From Dimargaris cristalligena (taxonomy: Eukaryota): a DNA stretch of 41,190 bases. Location of the stretch: positions 1 through 41,190 of the forward strand of contig ML002330.1 of assembly GCA_003614675.1 (NCBI GenBank), read 5' to 3'. Position 1 is the first letter of the stretch, and every line of letters begins with the position of its first letter. Both the position numbers and the translations under genes were made by a program. Positions 12,533-23,510 of this stretch are shown piece by piece. Below the pieces are notes generated by a model. That model ran no database searches, had not been told where the DNA came from, and worked only from the letters and a program-made list of their open reading frames with translations.

Positions 12533-12634
12533 TGTATAATGATAAATCCATTGGATGAGGCAAAAACCACTGGTTAATAATGGATCTCTCATATGTTTTC
12601 CCATGCACATATTATCCAAAACCTTATACATCTA

Positions 12635-13226
12635 CACTGAATTATACATGCTGGCCCTCCTAATCTAACCTAAATCCAGACTTAATGATTGTCCACCCTT
12701 AGTAGGCCTTATAACACCATATTAACCCTCCTATAGTCACCCTCAGTACTATGTAATTGTCATTTATTATATAACCCTTCTCCTTCCGGCCCCAATGCTT
12801 CACAAAAAATCACTCAACCTGCTGATCCAAAGACTCTTCCAGTTCCCATGAGAGTTTTCCAGATATAAAGCCCATCTGGTTGGTCTGTAATATAGTTTAG
12901 TAGTATCTCCCCTTGGGACCTCCCTCTGGAGCTGTCCCTGTGTATATATAACTAGGCCCCATCATAGACTAGTTCAATTCCTTAGCTTATTCATATCCCC
13001 TAGTTTACCTCAATAAACTCTATATACACCTACCCCCCCTTTGTACTAACTAGTAAGTGTGCCTGCTGCACATCCCTTGTATATACCTGCACTTATCCTT
13101 TATTGGGTTAGTACAGTGCCCCATCTTAATGCTAGTAGCCCGCTTTACTGAGTCTAAGCCCTGCCTACTATTAGAAGCCTATCCCTGGGACTCTTGATGG
13201 ACTAAGAGTGGTTAACTTGGGTGACA
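12635..13226 (+). repeat. Left arm of long inverted repeat; LTR-like
   Basis: Reverse-complement match to 18640-19246 along its length; 13165-13212 vs 18654-18701 is 46/48 identical. Contains TATATATAA (12943-12951) and AATAAA (13012-13017), and ends GGGTGACA at 13226. Confidence 0.85.
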
Positions 13227-16200
13227 GTAGCATAATAGTAGTGCTAAATAGTAGATATAAAAGAGTGAGCCAAGTGATTTCAGGGCTCTCTAGGTCTAAT
13301 AAGGGATCAAATATATATACATTCCTACTGCTGAAATACAATTCTGCTAAGGCAAGGGCATAATAGACCTGTGCACTATTAATTAAAAGTAGTGTAGGTT
13401 CAGTTGGGCTCTAGCTGGATATGAATTTCAGACTAATACCAGAGCTACTAGTTTTAGCCATAGTGTATTGGGTAGACTCTGTATTGTAGCTAGTTACAGT
13501 GGTACCACAAGTTAGTATCTTGATTAATTTAGTATTCTTAGAGAAGTGGATTGAGTACTCATCAGGAAAAGTGTTTGGGAGCCATACTGCATGTACCTTA
13601 GTTATTTCTAAACATTGGGTTATCTGTTTAATAGTCCTGGTATATGACTGAACTACTAGGCATATATTAATTTTGATTTCTACTACTAGACATATAAATA
13701 ACTAGATAATGTCTCCCATAAGGGCCATGATAGTTAGCAGGTAACCTAATACTATACTGCTAGTGCATAGTATAAGGGAATCAGCCAGATGGTTGAGCTG
13801 TCTAACTGATAGTATTAGATCATTGCCCTGGTAAACTAAATGGTCTGGATAGTTATGAACAATACTATCCCAAACTTGAGCCAGAGACTGAGAGCTTAGG
13901 ACAGATGAGGGATTGCAAACACTGGGGGTCCAGCCATTAGTTGATAGCTGTACTAATGGGTTACTAAGAGTAAATCAATCAACTGGAGTCTGGGGATCAC
14001 ACACTAATATTTATTCTAGAACTACCTGTATCATTTCCACTAGCTGGGTTATTGCAATCTCTGAGTATACAGTATTAATGTAAGACATTCTGACTTGGAT
14101 AGAGGAGGGCAGGTCCACAAAATTGACAGTTAGAGGATAGTGAGTAAACCCATGGATAATAATATCTGATAGAGCAATTTTGGGGAATTGGCTAGAAACT
14201 AGGTCAGGGAAGTTCTCAAAGCCCAGGAGTGTATGGAAAAGAGGGCCTGTCTAGCCTAATCCATTCCACTGGGAAATATCAGTAAGTTGAGAGTGTTCAA
14301 AAGGAATCATGTCTACTTGGTCCTTATGGAGAGATTGTAGCTATGGCTCAAAAGGAGAACTGTTTAGGCAAACCCTATATGGTACTATATTAGTACAGGG
14401 TCCAATAACTTGGTCTATAGCAGGGATATTTAAATTTTGACCTGATAGAATTATACCAAAAGTCACATCATCCTGGTTAAGTAGCCGGCCAAAAACTACA
14501 GCATAAGCAGCCCGGAATAGGGTTGCTATTGATATACCTAGAGTTTGAGTAGATTGGAGTAATTGGGCTTTAGAAATATTGAGTGGTGTTGAATATGATG
14601 CATAACCAGGTATACCAATATAGTCTGGGTATAACAGAGGGGCTGGTGTAACTATTGCATTGTGTAGGTAGTTGGTCCAAAATACCCATGCTAATGTGGG
14701 ATCTGATTGTTATATATATTTAACTATAGTTGGGAAGCTAGTCTGGGGTGGGGATACAGCCAATTTGGGATTGTGGTAGGCTACTATCCACTCTTGGAGG
14801 AGCAAGGGTAATGACCAGCCATCCATTAATGAGTGGTGGATAGTAATAATGGTATCATGGACTAGATTATCAGTAGTAGGAAATACATGATTGCAAATCA
14901 TATGTTCTTGGAGGGTAAATCCCTGTTGCTGGTTCTTAATAAAAAATGTCTCAAGAGAATCAAGAGGCTGTTCCGCAATAGTCCAGGAAGTAGGTAAGGA
15001 GGATATCACCACTTGGAGGAATCCTTGGGATAAAGTATTGGGTGATTCAAGGAAAAGTGTGCACAGAGGGGAATATTGGTTATCTACAGAGGCCCAGGCC
15101 TGGACCAGTCAATCAGGATCCAGTTGACCAGTTATTTTCATTGCCATTTGGACAAGATATGTTGATGGGTCTGAAGCTAGGTTCATAAGGCCACCCTGGA
15201 CTGCAATACAGGGTAATATATCTTCAACTTGGGCCAAGGGAATACCTCGTTGGTGGATTTGGGCAAGGATATTCTGGAACCCAGTATCAGAAATAGACAG
15301 ATGCAGAAAGTCATATTTAGTGAGAATAGATTCAGGTATCATATTGTCTAACTGTGCACTTATACCAGTAAGCTCAGTCAGATTATGATGCCAACTGGAC
15401 ATAATCTTGATAATACTATCCTTGTAGTAAACCCGGGGGTTATACTCCATAATCAATTGGAGACAGTCACCAACCATTGTAGGCATGGGGTTGAGATCAA
15501 AAATGACAAAGTCCTGAGATGAAAAATTATGTAGTCCAAAGGAATTAGACCATTCAATAGATAGTGGATTACCACTCAGGGGAGTACCTGGGTTGGTAAA
15601 TTGACCAAAGTAATTGAATTGAACATCCATTCTCTTAGGTGTCTTAGCTATCAGTTTACTCCTCTCATCAGTATTGACACCTGGCATGTATTTGATTACT
15701 GAGTAAATGAATCCTTTGCCTGGAATTTTCTGTAAGGCTTCCTTAGTGTACTGTAATAGCTCTAAGAGGGACTGTCCTTGGCGAATTTGGATTACTAAGG
15801 GATAGAGGGAGGTAAACCAACCTACAGTACAAGTGATATTTTGATCAGCAGCCCAGGGTTCCCGACCATGACCCTCCATACAGAATTATATCTGGTTAAC
15901 ACCAATGGTAGTAGAAAAGGCGTGTGCAAATGTGGCCAGTAGTAAATCTTGAAGGGTAACTCGCCATTGGGGGGCTAGCTGGAATAGAAGAGTGTTGGTA
16001 GACTTAGCATCAAAATCCAAAGACACAGAGAGGCGGGCTACAGGGTAATCCTCAATACTGATCTCTGGTGGCGGTAGTAGAGAGTAGATATCGGGGATTG
16101 GGTGGTTGGGATCCATCTGTGTAGGCCAAATGTCTGCGGAGAGAGTACTGCAGTAATCAGCCAATTGGGTAGCCCAGGTTTGGAACGACATTGTCTTTGG

Positions 16201-18639
16201 TGGAAGGGGTTTGCTAAGCAATAGTGAATTTAAATCCTCAATGAGTATCCTCCAGGAAACTAAGTCTACCAGAATATGGTAAATAGTGAAGAAGAATTGG
16301 GTATTGAGTAGGTCAGCTGGGTTGTGGATAAGTGCTGCAGCAACTACTGGGCCAGTAATTAGATTGAGACTCAATTGGACTTCTAGAATAAAGGCCAAAT
16401 AGTCATCAGGGTCCAGGGTATTCTCCAATACCAGAAGATCAGTGTTTGTGGCTATTTTGGTAGGGATTGACTGAGTACATTTCTGTCCATTTTTACCAAG
16501 TTGGAACCTTGCCCAGAGAATATCATGGTGGTTAAATAAGGCAATAAGAGCATCAGTGAGAGTGGATTGGGATAGGGGGAAATAGGGACCAGCCTTGAAA
16601 GAAAATGGTTGGTTGAAATAACAGGGATTTTTAAAGTGAAGATCAGCAAACCAGTGCTGAATGGGGGTGAGAGCTACATCCCCTGTAACTTGGCCCTGGC
16701 AAGAAAAACCAGTGTCCAAAATGGTACTGGTTTCTTGCTGGATGTACAGAACCTGTTGATTTAGTTTAGGGTACTGGTAGATCAAAGGGACAGTAATCTG
16801 GTAACCCAATGGCTGATACTTGGATACAAGTAGAATGGCCAAGATTGAATCTCCACCAATCCTGAAGAAATAGTCCAAAGGTCTAATTTGATCTACAGTC
16901 TTCTGCAGTACCTGGGCCCAGGCCTGTTGGAAGCTGTGTCCAATACTATTCAGTAGTTGATCTTCTAAATCACTTGGGGATGGTTGGTCTAAAAGGTGGT
17001 TGATTGGTGGAAGGGCTTTATGATCTAGGTTGGTTGGGTAGGCATACAGACAAGGGTATCCTGTACTATCTTTACCACACAATTTTTCAGCCCAGTAAAA
17101 CAGCCTACAACATGTTCTATTTCCTTGAGCTCAATGCAAAACTCACACAGTTTAACTTGGTTGTCAATCTGGCCCAGGAATTCAATTATGCCTTTGGGGA
17201 GCCATTGAACATGATTGCCGGTCTAGTAAACTTTCCCAGGACCATGGGGATTATCAATGAACTTAGTGTGGGTTAGTTCGGGTAGGTTTTGGTAACCGCG
17301 GGCAAGACCAATTCCCCCAATAAGCAACTCACCAGGGACACCCACCAGCACCAATTGAAGCTGGCCATCCACCACTAGGTTGGTTGCATTTTGAAGAAGC
17401 CGGCCAATTGATATGTTAGAATTTGGGTCAATGGTAGTTGTATTGCATATCACAGTTGTTTCAATTAGTCCATATTCATTAATTAGGGTACAATGCCTGG
17501 CCCATTGCATATGCAATTCCACTGTAACAGACTCACCACCAACTATAACAGTCTTCAGATTTGGAAATTTAGCAGGATTAAGTTGAGACAAGAATGATGG
17601 GATTATGATGGCTGTATCAATACTCTGTAAGGACTCAACCAAATTTTCAGTAGTAACTACCACAGTGCCCCCAGTACAAAGCCCATGCAGCAGTTCTAAC
17701 ACTAATGCATCGAATGTAATGGACATCATTAGTAGTACTCAGTGGCTTTTGCGATATATATCCATTATGGTCAGGTTTGTGATAAGGTTGGTTACACTTT
17801 GGTGCTCAGTAAGTACTCCCTTGGGATGGCTGGTAGTACCAGAAGTGTAGACAATATAGACAAGGTTTCATTGGGCCAATGGGTGTGGTAGGAAATCAGA
17901 TAGATCTGTGTCTGGTGGCAATATTGTGAAAGGATCAGCCACCAACATGGGAATATGGGATTGAGGTGGTATCCTTCCAAGGGTCGATTCAGTAACAAGT
18001 GCTAATAACATACTACTATCTCCTAGGATATAATTGATATGGTCAACTGGTTATTCTAGGTCTATGGACACATAAGCTGTGCCAAATTTGAGTACCACCA
18101 GTAGAGTAATAATGTAAGTAAATGATTTGGGAATGAGTAGGGCAAACTGAGTCTCAGGCTGGGCACCATGCTGAGTAATGAGAAAACAAGCAAGCTTAGA
18201 ACTGCAATTGTCCAGCTGGCAGTAGGTCCACTCATCAGGACCATGGGTGACTACAATATTATAGGGTACTAATTGAGCCTGGTCACTGAAAATACAGTAT
18301 ACAGGCTTGTCTAAACACTCAATTGGGTCAGTCATGTGGGAGAAGATGATTAGATGTGACCATTCTTGTTTGCTAACCCAGGGAATATCATGGATTAATG
18401 TTGGCAGTTGACTGGGATTTTTCATGTTCTAGGCCTGAACTACCACACCAATAACTGTGCCAAATTGGCTGGAAAACTCCTCTACAGTAGAGGCCTGGTA
18501 GGTATTGCAGGAATAGGTAATATTCAGCATTGAAGAACCACCTGTCAGGCTTAAATCAACTAACAACTTGACTCCCATTGTGGTCAAAAGGAAAAATAGA
18601 AAACCCTCAGCATTAGTATTGGTAAAATGGTTAGAACTT
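13227..18639 (-). pseudogene. Non-ribosomal peptide synthetase fragment, partial C - A - T - E - C - degenerate A
   Basis: A domain: YIVYTSGTTSHPKGV, GGESV, NEYGLIETTV, GELLIGGIGLARGY, Y*TGN, GQIDNQVKLCEFCIEL. T domain: FFRIGGDSI. E domain: PIQHWF, YHILVDLVSW, EGHGRE, TVGWFTSLYP, FNYFGQF. C domain: HHSLMDGWS. Many stops (e.g. 18429, 18051, 17223, 15886, 15109) and a frameshift plus deletion near 17050. No introns seen. Confidence 0.93.
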
Positions 18640-19246
18640 TGTTACCTGGGTTCACCACTCTTAGTCCATCAAGAGTCCCGAGGATAGGCTTCTAATAGTA
18701 GATGGGGCTCAGGTTCAGCCAAGTGGGTCCTAACATTAGGTGGGGGCACAGTACTAACCAATAAAGGTTTAGGTAATTAGTTATATAAGGGACATGCAGT
18801 GGGCACACTTACAGGTCAGTATAAGGGGGGTGAGCATATATAGAGTTTATTGGAGTAAACTAGGGGGGTCAAAATAAGCTGAGGAATTGAACTAGTCCTA
18901 ATGGGGCCTGGTTATATATATATGGGGGGTAACCCCAGAGGGAGGACCCAGGGGAAGAATACTACTAAGACTAAGGTATAGTAAATAAGCTAACCAGACA
19001 GCTGTTAGGACCTGGAAGACTCTGATAATAACTGAAAGAGTCTTTGGATCAGTACTTGAGTGATTAGTGTGAAGAGGTGGAGTCCAGAAGGGGAAAGGCT
19101 ATATGATATAGGATATAGGCTGATCCCATAGTACTGGGGGTAGTCATGGGAAGGTTAATATGGTACCATATGGCCTAATAGGGGTGGGTACTAATGTGTA
19201 TAGATTAAGGCAGATTAGATGATCTGACAATTGTATAATTTTAGTG
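18640..19246 (-). repeat. Right arm of long inverted repeat; LTR-like
   Basis: On the minus strand it shows the same order of TATATATAA, AATAAA and terminal CCAGGTAACA (plus strand tgttacctgg at 18640). The outer boundary is approximate. Confidence 0.85.
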
Positions 19247-20593
19247 GGTTGCTAGTTGGTTAGGCCCTAATATTGATTTTGGGTTGCCTTAAGTGCCAAT
19301 ATATGTGCATACAGTGTGAATAATATTGAGTAATATTATAGAAATATAATCATTTATTGCCAATGGAACTAGTTGGTTAGTGGCAAACACTAAGTCAGTC
19401 CCCGCCACAATATATTGCCCCAGAATTTTGGGGAAATGCATAGGACAGGCAGCACTTGCTTTAGTACCATGGCTTATCTAACTACAACAGGACGGGGTTA
19501 CCTGTATGGGCCTATTTGAGGGCAAATTAGCCTCCCACTTTGATACTTCCACCAGGTCCCCAAATGCCCTTCACGTGATGAACCCATCTTTCTAAATAAA
19601 TGGGTAGCTATTTGACGTCCCTATTTTAATACAACGAATATCTTATCATGAGATTAACATATTGTATTATAAACCCCTGTTATTTAGCGCTTCGGTCTGT
19701 TGGGAATAACAAATTCATGTATTAGTATTACCATGTGAAAAGAACAAGGCTGTTGGAGGTTGGCAGGTATCTCTAGTAGGTTAGCATTATTGAATAATAT
19801 GGTCAACAGTGTATATTTAAATATTAAAATGAATGGCTAGAACCTCTCGATTGATGTCTCTCCCACATGCCTATTAGCTCCCTGCCTCTAGTGCATGTAT
19901 ATCATTATTGATTAGATAATATACCAACAATAAATCGAAGTGAAATGAGACTCCTATCTTTTATTTACTGTTAATATATATATATATATATATTACCTAA
20001 CATGAATGGGCGCAACCTTTATTAAGAAGAACCCAGAAAATATGAATACAAGAGATAGAACCCGTGGTTGAAGGATCTACTAACAGCTTTGGAATTCCTC
20101 TGTTTTATGGATATTCAATCCATTTAAAAAATCATCAACCACTAATTATATATTAACCCATATAGTTGATGGGCTTAGTTATTCTGTAATGGGAGTAGTG
20201 TAGAGTTCAGTAATTAGAGAATGGGTTTTCATTAAGGCCAGTCTTTGTGTACTAGACTGGGTGGAATTCGGCCCAACTGTATAAGGTTTTCAATAATACG
20301 TGTATGGGAAAATAGGCGGGATATTATTTTTCACCCAGCAATCTATGTCCCACACCATCCAATGGATGTGTCGTTTTTTTTAGCCTGGTTGTGAGCCTCT
20401 TCCATGTTAGCTTCCACATTAACTACCGAGCACACCCTTTTCCTTATTTCACCCGCTAAATCCTGCGCGACGCGTTCATGCCTTCCCTCAATTAGCATCT
20501 GGTCACTCCAATCGACTCATTTACTTTATCCATCGTTGAATTTTTAAGCCAACTGCGCTCGCCCAGCACATTATCTAGTCCATCCGTAATACC

Positions 20594-22729
20594 ATGTCGG
20601 CATTTCCCAAGGAAATCATCAAGGTATCTAACCCTTCCCCCTAATGTGCCGCTCCATTAACCATACATCGCTCCTGGGCATCTCATTATGACCCGATTTT
20701 AACAGAGCGAGGTGCCTATTATATTAGACGTCACTCATAAAGGGTATGCCGAAGCGCCCACATTATGGCTAGCTAACGAATATCCAAAGCTGCTGGCATA
20801 TATTATATATAATCAATGAATACCTGGAACACCCCCTTAGAATATATCCGAATCCATCGGTATCCTCAATTTAAAGGATGAAGTAGCCACCGCACTTTCC
20901 CAGGATGTAGAGTACCGAATCTACGAAATTATACAGGTTAGTCGCCTTTCTATTTGTTTGTTGCTTTCGCTATGCATGCGTGATTATCGCCCACCACCAG
21001 CCAACACACCTCGATTTAGTTTCGCGACCCTGCGCCCCCCGCCCATGGGTATCTAAACTAAGATTGTATCTTAATCGGCTATGCCCAAATTACTCATTTC
21101 CCCATCCTAGGAAGCCGCCAAGTTTATGCGGCACTCTAAGCGAACCAAATTACTAACTGAGGATATCGACTATGCTCTCCGGGCCCGAAATGTCGAAGTA
21201 AGTAATGCTTTCCTTTAAAGAATTAGAGTATTTTTATTTAACGTGTATTAATAAATGGCAGGATCACTAGACGGCTCATTGCCTGGCTAGATTATTTAAA
21301 TTTAAGGGGGCCCGAAACAAACCCATGCCCATGTTCTTTTGACTCACTTGCTTTTTTTTTACACATTTTACAACTTCACTATCCCTAGCCCCTATACGGC
21401 CATGGAGCCTTCGGAGAAACCACCTTCAAGAAAGTCAGTGCCCTTGCGGAAGACATTTACGTAGTCGAGGACGAGGAGTTTGATTTTGAAAAACTCTTGA
21501 GCACACCCCTCCCCCCCGCCCCCCGGGACACTTGCTATACAGCCCATTGGCTCGCGGTGGAGGGAGTCCAACCCCTGATTAGACAAAACCCGGCCCCGAA
21601 CCCCGAGTCCACCGAACCGGTTTCCAAGAAACCCCGGGCCGCCACCACCACCATCAACAACAACAACAATGCCCTCCCGGAGGCCAGTGCCCAGAGCTCA
21701 GCTACTGCCACGGTACCGGTGAAGTTGGTACTTTCCAAAGAGCTGCAACTCTACTACGAACGTCTTACCGAGGCCCTGCTGGCGGATAATGATTTACTCC
21801 GCTCTACAGCCCTGGATAGTTTGGCGGTGGACCCGGGGATCCACCAACTGATTCCCTACTTCACCCAATTTATTGCCCACCAAGTGACCCACCACTTAAA
21901 GGACCTGCGCCTGTTAACGACCATGGTCCTCGCGGCCCGGGCCCTCCTGAGTAACCCGCGGGTGTTTATGGAGCCCTACCTACACCAACTGATGCCGGCC
22001 CTACTCACTTGTCTGGTGGGTAAGCGGTTGGGGGGTGGTGGTCCGACCCCAGCATCCGCCACCGTTGACGCTAACCAGATGGACGAGGACACCCCTCACG
22101 AAGCCTCAGCTCTCTCGCATTGGGCCCTGCGGGACACCGCCGCCGAAGTCGTGGCCCGGGTCTGTTTGGACTACGGCCCGGCCTACCATACCCTCCAGCA
22201 GCGGGTCACGCGCACGCTCCTGCGGGCCTTTTTGGATCCCACCAAGCCGTTGGCCACCCACTACGGAGCCCTGGTAGGCCTGACCCGCCTGGGTGCCCCG
22301 GTGGTGAAATTGCTCATCTTACCCAACATTAAGGCTTACTCGGCCCTCCTCCTCGCCCCTTCGGCCAAGGAGGAGCGGCAGAGCGAAGGAGAGGGAGTGG
22401 CTTATCGAGCGCCAATGGCGGGCCCGGGCACGGCTGAGGAACGGGAAAAATGTTGGAATTGTCTGGTGGACGCCGTCGAGTCGATACAGGACGAAGGGGG
22501 AGATACCACTAACCCCACGGGGTCGTCGGCCCCGGCCATGATCTCCGCCACCCAAAATCAACTGCTGGAACAATATTTCGGCCCCGAAATGGCTAGGCGA
22601 CTGGTCGCCCGGCATAGTGCTTGGTCGGCTATTCCGGTGGCGTTGCAGGTGATGCAGAATGGCCCAGTAGGGGGTGGTCCCGCTGCATCGTCGGCGACCG
22701 CACCGCCGCCGGTGGTCAATGGGGTTTGA
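20594..22729 (+). CDS. TAF6: TFIID/SAGA subunit TAF6 (4 exons: 20594-20623, 20841-20936, 21111-21197, 21389-22729)
   Basis: Spliced histone fold MSAFPKEIIK|NISESIGILNLKDEVATALSQDVEYRIYEIIQ|EAAKFMRHSKRTKLLTEDIDYALRARNVE|PLYG, then TAHWLAVEGVQP, LSKELQLYY, DPGIHQLIPYF, EPYLHQLMPALLTCLVGKRL and HWALRD. All introns are GT-AG and keep frame. Confidence 0.95.
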
Positions 22730-23510
22730 GTGCTACAACCCTAGGCGAGGGAAGAAACTGGGCCAGCCCATCCATGCATAATAATAGAAATCAGGCAACT
22801 GCGTAATAAATTCATTGCTATTGTAGGTACCTCGGAAAACACATTGGTACAATCCTCGATTTAATGATGCCCCGGTCTACCTACCTACAGCTGGAATCAC
22901 TCATGTGAAGTACTATAGCAGCATGTGGCCCAGGGTTACATGGGTCGACATAATTCGTTGGTGGGCGTTTTCCTTTTTATACACATATACTAAATTGGCT
23001 GGCGACATGGGCATCATTCCGACCACTTTTGGCAGAACTGCCCCCCTGGTAATAGCCGAATTCGCTGAAGAAAGTATTAGTATAATTGCACCGTATACCC
23101 TTCAACATCCCCCCTTCACACCATCGACTGTAACCCTTGTGGTAGGCTATGGGGCAAAATGTGATTCAAAGGGAACACTGTTAGTGGTATGGCTTCCTGG
23201 CCCAATGGTCTAGATTTGTTGGTGATATTGATCAAGTTAAGCATTATCTACAAAAGGCTTAATCGGTATGGCCCTATGGAGGTGCATTGCTTTTCGGAAT
23301 GGTAGGCGCATTTCAGCATTAGGCTGGAAGTGCTGGGAACATGTGCAGAGGCCAGAAGTAGGACCATTTGAACAAAATCCAAAAAGAAGAAACTGGAAAG
23401 AGTGATACCGAATGGTCCTCGGTCAGAGAAAGCCCCCTTCCACAGCCCTCTATGGACCAACTGCACCATTTTCCGGATGCGTGGAGCACCCAAGGGCCGC
23501 TTAGCCATCA

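Larger units (their letters stand above)
12635..19246. mobile_element. Putative composite element: NRPS fragment enclosed by ~600 bp inverted repeats (non-autonomous, degenerate)
   Basis: NRPS-like coding sequence runs up to the inner end of each inverted arm. No transposase or RT ORF and no convincing target-site duplication were found, so mobility as a unit is unproven. Confidence 0.4.

Noticed and set aside
12239-12631. 130-aa ORF similar to the 113-aa ORF at 23914-24255
   Set aside because: The similarity reflects the DNA repeat. Indels shift the frame between copies and there is no recognisable domain.
12500-19420. Target-site duplications around either arm or the whole composite
   Set aside because: The inner flanks (GTAGC, AACTT) have no convincing match at candidate outer ends, and the outer boundaries are too eroded to define.
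19370-19560. Possible continuation of the NRPS N-terminus beyond the right arm (minus strand EANLPSNRP...ILGQYIVAGTDLVFA, vaguely like KVKLPLGRP...ILLSRYYSQSEVAFG)
   Set aside because: Motif spacing differs from the paralog, there is a stop, and I see no clear DNA alignment. A tBLASTN test is worthwhile because a hit would favour simple LTR insertion over capture.
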